A stretch of 64,000 bases of DNA from Iphione sp. A-MEVVRFRX5 (Eukaryota). The stretch spans positions 68,324,001 to 68,388,000 of the forward strand of contig OZ320315.1 of the NCBI GenBank assembly GCA_976226885.1. The letters run 5' to 3'. Position numbers and translations under genes: made by a program. Every line of letters begins with the position of its first letter. Positions within the stretch are counted from its first letter, which is position 1. The notes below the pieces were generated by a model that worked only from the letters and a program-made list of their open reading frames with translations, did no database searches and was not told where the DNA came from. Shown here in pieces: positions 58,749 through 64,000 of this stretch.

Positions 58749-61254
58749 ACCATTCACGTAGCCTTACCCCATGTTTCGTTCTGTTTCGTGTAATGGTTGA
58801 TCGGTTCTTTTTGTGGAAAAGAAGACTGTGGGTGAGGGCTTTGGGCATCTGGCCGCTTGCCAAAGACCTGAGTCTTTGCGTTCACTATAGACTGTGGACA
58901 TAAGCTTCATGCAGATCGGACGTAACTTCCAAGGAAGTTTGTGCATTTCCAGATGAACTGTGATAAGACTATTTTTCCTGTCGAAGCATCGGTTGGAAGG
59001 CCGATCGTTTACAAGGGAGCAAAACTAGAAAGCGGATGTGTTTCCAAGGGTATACACCTTCATTGACACTGATATCGAGCTAAGCAACAGTCAACGTGGA
59101 GACATGGAAATCATGCATTTTCCTTATCTAATTTTTTGTAATAGCTATTTCCATTCAGACGAGAAAACCTCTTTCCATATTTTGTAATGTATCTGAAAAG
59201 TGTGATTTAACTGCATATACATGTACATGAAATGCCAAACTAAGGATATACATCTCGCGTTATGTATTTCCTTCGATGAAGTGTCACTTTCATGTTCATA
59301 ATTCTTGTCTGTGCAATATATAGGCCTTATTATGATGACAACGTCAAAAGTAAATAAGCTGGAAACATGATATTAAGGTTTTTTTTTATAGAAATTACAT
59401 TTAAAGGAATTTCCGCCTTATTTTTGTAAATATGAGTCCACCTTTCACATGTGCCATGCTGCGTATATATTTTTTTCAGTTTAGGTCTTCTCCTCCGGGG
59501 TAAATGTCAGATGATGATTATATCTACATCAAGGCAAATACACCAATCTGTCCACTTTTAATACAGTTTTGGTCGAAGGGTTAAAATATGTATGTGTTCT
59601 TATAATTTCTGCAAACTTGAGATATTTATTACCAATATTCTTTTCACGTTGCACGCATAAAATGGGAGCGTGAGTTGGTCAGTGCTGTATGCTGCTTTCT
59701 GTTTTATTCTCTTTTTTTATCCAACCTGTGTGAATTGTCGCTTTAAGGGAAAAAATAAACATTTAGAACTTGATATTGGTGTTTGCTGTGAAATCGAGTC
59801 AGGGCGTCTCCTAATTACTAATTATTCTAATTATCTCTACAATTCATTCGAGAAAAACCCCCAGAGGCAATTTAGATATGCTCTTCTCGATAATTGGGTG
59901 CACCAAAATAAAGAGGAACATGTCAGTTGTTCTTATAATCAATAGAAAAACCCAGAAGGCTTGACGGTACGTAATATCTTTTTCTTCTTGTACTATTCAA
60001 ACTCCATATTTTTTTACACACTTCCTTTTTAGACTAACCATGGGGTATATATGTACATTTATAGAGCGTTCTGTAATGACTTTGTATAGGTATATCTACA
60101 TGTATCTAAATACATATATATGCTTAATCAAGGCAAATGGTTCTTGTCTTTAACCAATACCTGTATCTATTTACCCAGCAATTGTCTTATTACACGTGTT
60201 GCTGCATTTGTTGATGTATGTTACTTGTCGTATTTATTCATCTTTCAACTGTGTTACCTATAAACCAAATTGCAAAAATCAAACAGAAAATGCCAGTGGA
60301 GAATGAAATACATTAAGAATTATATACATTGTACTATGTTTTTTCTTAACCTTTCTCATGAGGGAACCTTTTCCTGACCTTAATGTATGAGCAGAGACGA
60401 TGTGCTTGTCACCGTTACACACTCAGCCCTGACGATCCTATGTCGATCCTTATGCCCGCGTGCCCGTGGTCTTGTGGATGTACGTGCAGATGTTTGTACA
60501 GAGATTAGCATAAAACACGGACAGATGTGCACCAGTGGGTTTGGGGTGTTTGGAGTGACATAATGTCCGCATGTATATGCTATGTATCATGTATGTATGC
60601 ATGTGTGTGTATGTGCTCAATTGGTAGACTTTGCATAATTTGTGTCATTTCTGAATAACTTGGTTGACAAGGGGCAAATTTTGTGTGATGTGTGTCACTT
60701 TAATGTAGATGTGGCTGAAACGGTAGATTTGACACAATTTGTGCATAGGTATGGCTGGTAAAACACTGCTATATTGTTTTGCCCCTTTCCCATACTTCTA
60801 TACCAAAAATAGACCTATGAAAGATAAGACATGTCCCAAACTGAAGCAAGGTCTGTGTTTACCCTGAAGTACAAGTACGGGGAGGCACAGATGTTGACTA
60901 CAATCGGTTCCAATTAACATTGAGACACGTGCCTGGAACAGAGATCCAACACACAGGCACATGAAAAGTTGGGCTTGGATTATATTCTGTGGCACCATCC
61001 ACTTTTTTATTGTCGGTTCCAAAATGTTGCCTTACAAATGTCCCTGTCTTAGGCAAAATTACCCGAACATGCACGACACTCTGCACATTCCTTAGATAGA
61101 CCAGAGCTATTTGGTGTAATAAGCACATATGAAACATTGTACATCTATACTGTAAGCATCTTTATGTTCTTGGTCTTTCCCCCAGCCTGGTTTCCTCTGT
61201 GATCCGAGTTTTGCCTCTATTTGTGGTGACATACTCCTGTAGCAACATGTATTA

Positions 61255-61809
61255 GGCCTGGTTTCCATGCACACAGTTTTTTTTCTGTAGTGCATGTCAG
61301 GTCCAGAAAATGAGCTGTTTTCCACTCAAGCACTGAGACCTAGTTTCCATGTGTACCTAGTTTCCATGTGTACATGTATGTGTATGTATACATGTATGTA
61401 TGTATACATGTATGTAAGTAATTCGAGGCATATCGGTCAAAATTGTGCAGTTTTTAATGAAGGTTGAGGCATATTGGTTGAAATTGTGCAGTTTTTCATG
61501 GAGGCTGAGGCATATCAGTAGAAATTCTGTGGTTATTATACAAATGATATGCAAATTAGATAATTTTTCACAACATCTATCACATGATAGTGTCTATCCA
61601 GCTAAAAACCTCCATCTCTCTATCCTACTCATGTATGTGTGTGTGCATGGTGCAGAAAAAAACTAACATTGTCCATTTTCTGTCTCTACACCACAGACCA
61701 TGAACACAGATACATGGAAACAATCATGTTGAAAGCCATTGTTTCATTCTTTTCCACACCATGCACTGTGTGGTGCGAAAACAAAATCTGGATGCATGAA
61801 AACTGGGCC
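61255..61809. mobile_element. PIF/Harbinger-like MITE, family B
   Basis: TIRs GGCCTGGTTTCCATGCA and (reverse complement) GGCCCAGTTTTCATGCA. Perfect TTA TSD at 61252-61254 and 61810-61812. Internal about 39-bp GAGGCATAT.. repeats and TACATG microsatellite. Confidence 0.75.
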
Positions 61810-61943
61810 TTAGTGTTTCTTTTTTAATATCGGACACCTTTCACATACTCGCGAAAAAGATATGCAGTAAACTATGATTCCTTAGTATGACCAGCCATCT
61901 GGCAGAGGAAACATTGTAACTATTTATTTGTTTTCTCCTTCAG

Positions 61944-61970
61944 ATACATCAGGCATTCGACCAACTCATG
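61944..61970 (+). CDS. 27-nt mini-exon DTSGIRPTH
   Basis: Strong acceptor TTTGTTTTCTCCTTCAG, donor GTACGT, phase 1-1. Confidence 0.6.
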
Positions 61971-62460
61971 GTACGTCTACTATATTAGCATAAAAATCAT
62001 AGTATCATTGATTATTGAATGAACAAATCAATACCATTATTACAGGAACTCTTAAATTCAAAACTAGATTCCGATATATGTATGTAGAAATGTATATAAA
62101 ATAACTTTTTAAGAATGTCCAAATCGTCCAATGATAACGAAACGCTCACCATGTAAAATGGATAACAATCTCTCGGATTATACAATAGCACGTTGATCTC
62201 AATCAAGCTCATAAACAGGGGAAGTCGGCATAACCGGCGATCCCTTTTTACTCTCGTAACAGTATACAATGTACAGTAGGGCTGGCTCCTGTGGCCTTTA
62301 CAAGTGGATATATCCTTAATCGGAGGAAACGTACACTCGAACCGCGATTGTAGGTATCTATTTCCCGTCCTGAGGTTAATCAAAGGTTTTTGGAAGGAAA
62401 TATCCAGGATTAAATGTCACTGCGTTGATCCTACACGAGTTCTCCCCCTTCCGTTCATAG

Positions 62461-62637
62461 GTTCCTTCAACTGGCAGTCGGCCGTAGCCGCCGCCCGCGA
62501 GCGATCGCCGGCCGCCGTGTACAACGCGGACAAGCAGAGGCGCTCGGAGTGGCAGGAGCTGAGGAACCGGCAGCTGCACCGAGCCTACGTCACACCTGTG
62601 GTGCCTGGCGACTGGACGAACCTCGTCAAGACGCACG
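62461..62637 (+). CDS. Exon GSFNWQSAVAAARERSPAAVYNADKQRRSEWQELRNRQLHRAYVTPVVPGDWTNLVKTH
   Basis: CCCCTTCCGTTCATAG acceptor, GTAGGA donor, 177 nt, phase 1-1, strongly GC3-biased codons. Confidence 0.75.
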
Positions 62638-63127
62638 GTAGGAGCCATCCTCGTATATATGTATATATGGTTCTAACCTCACTTCTCTCCCCGCATCGAC
62701 GTCCATACACAACTCGGCCCACCTCAACTGGACACTCGAAATGCATCTATGACATACATGCAGAGAACAACTTCATGTGCTCAGTAGAACAAGTAACACA
62801 CATTTTCTTGTCATTTCATTAAAACAGACTTTAAAGATTCACCACGGGAAATCTTATATTCACTTCACAGTACACCCTCTGAAATGATATGCATAGAAAT
62901 CATACCTGTCACTTCACCTTTCTGCTCATTTCTTACATGCAACATCAACGATTCTGATCATTTCTGGCAACCTTGTGTGTCATCCTTCATGTATTCTCTT
63001 TATAGGAACAGCCTCATTCTGAATACATATGTTTATGGGAAAACAAGAACAGATATCCATGTTTTATACACGCCAGTGCCACGTCTGCATAAATACATGC
63101 AATATCATAATTTATTTGATTTTTCAG

Positions 63128-63171
63128 TTACATCGCATCCCTCGATAGTACGTGTACTGGGGACTCGATAA
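63128..63171 (+). CDS. Possible terminal exon VTSHPSIVRVLGTR*
   Basis: TTTATTTGATTTTTCAG acceptor; phase 1 fits donor 62637; ends in TAA. Short and otherwise unsupported. Confidence 0.3.
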
Positions 63172-64000
63172 TGTTTCCATTATCAGTTACAAACTATAGA
63201 CATAGATCAGTTCACGTACTTCTCATCGCAGTTACCTTCACGAATCAATTTCAGCTCATTGCATTATGGTTAATGACTTTACTTCCCTTTCACCACATTG
63301 CATTTCACCACATCAGTTCTTATTCTCGCTATCGCTCCCTCTATCCTTCTCTCTATGTTAATGTTACTAATAGAATTGTGTTTTTGTACTGACATAATTA
63401 GGTTAAGGTGTGGATACCCTAAGTTATTAGTAATGAAAGTCAAATGAAACTCATGAGCAGGCACCTTATGCGTTGATATTAAAACACGTTTTAATGTATT
63501 CAACATTACTGCTACGTGCGTGCTCAGTACCCCTATGAATACGTACAGTCATGGAACTCATGTTTACTTACAAAGCATTCTAAAACCTTTATATCAATCA
63601 AAATCAAACTACCTGACGATGCGGGGTAATTATACACCTGAATGTATGCTTATTGTATGCATGCATATATTGTGCACAGACCTTTCCCTATGTTTTACTC
63701 CGTATAACGTTATCATATTTGCATTTAAGATTAAATATCTAAACCTCTGAAACGTTGTTTTGCCGGCAAATAAATAAACATCCAACATTTGAAATCAAAT
63801 CACGCACACAAGGGTCACCATTTATGAAACTGCATTATGTCAGCTTGTTAAATAATAATAAGTAAAATATTGCTGCCGAATGTTGTGCAACGGACGATTG
63901 CATACATGGTTTCTTAAACTGGCTTTGTTGTTATTTAGTCTGTCCAGTCTGTATCTGTTACCATAGGTTTGATCTACATCGATCCTCCCCTTACAAGTCT

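Overview
Eukaryotic animal genomic DNA: AT-rich, spliced GT-AG genes and many transposon remnants, most consistent with a marine invertebrate (inference). No CRISPR array, rRNA or tRNA was recognisable by eye. Main content: (1) A + strand spliced gene starting at ATG 35706. It encodes 12 N-terminal ankyrin repeats, then a single 6,457-nt exon (43573-50029) encoding a K/E-rich low-complexity region with internal duplications, then several small C-terminal exons, about 2,800 aa in total, with probable alternative 3' ends. (2) A small - strand spliced gene not in the ORF track (ATG 7140, possible stop at 903). Two of its exons share the motif RY[LY]KGHEGYK[RK][WY]YG. (3) A transposon graveyard from about 8 to 32 kb. 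It holds decayed CR1/L2-type LINEs on both strands, an RTE-like fragment, Penelope-like GIY-YIG and RT remnants with an inverted 3' end, a possible DIRS-type recombinase remnant, and several MITE families. The MITEs include two PIF/Harbinger-like families (TTA/TAA target), one Chapaev-like (CAC..GTG, 4-bp TSD) and one Tc1/mariner-like (TA). The octamer TACATGTA is strongly over-represented in non-coding DNA. Exon boundaries were read by eye from splice signals and phase compatibility and have no transcript support.
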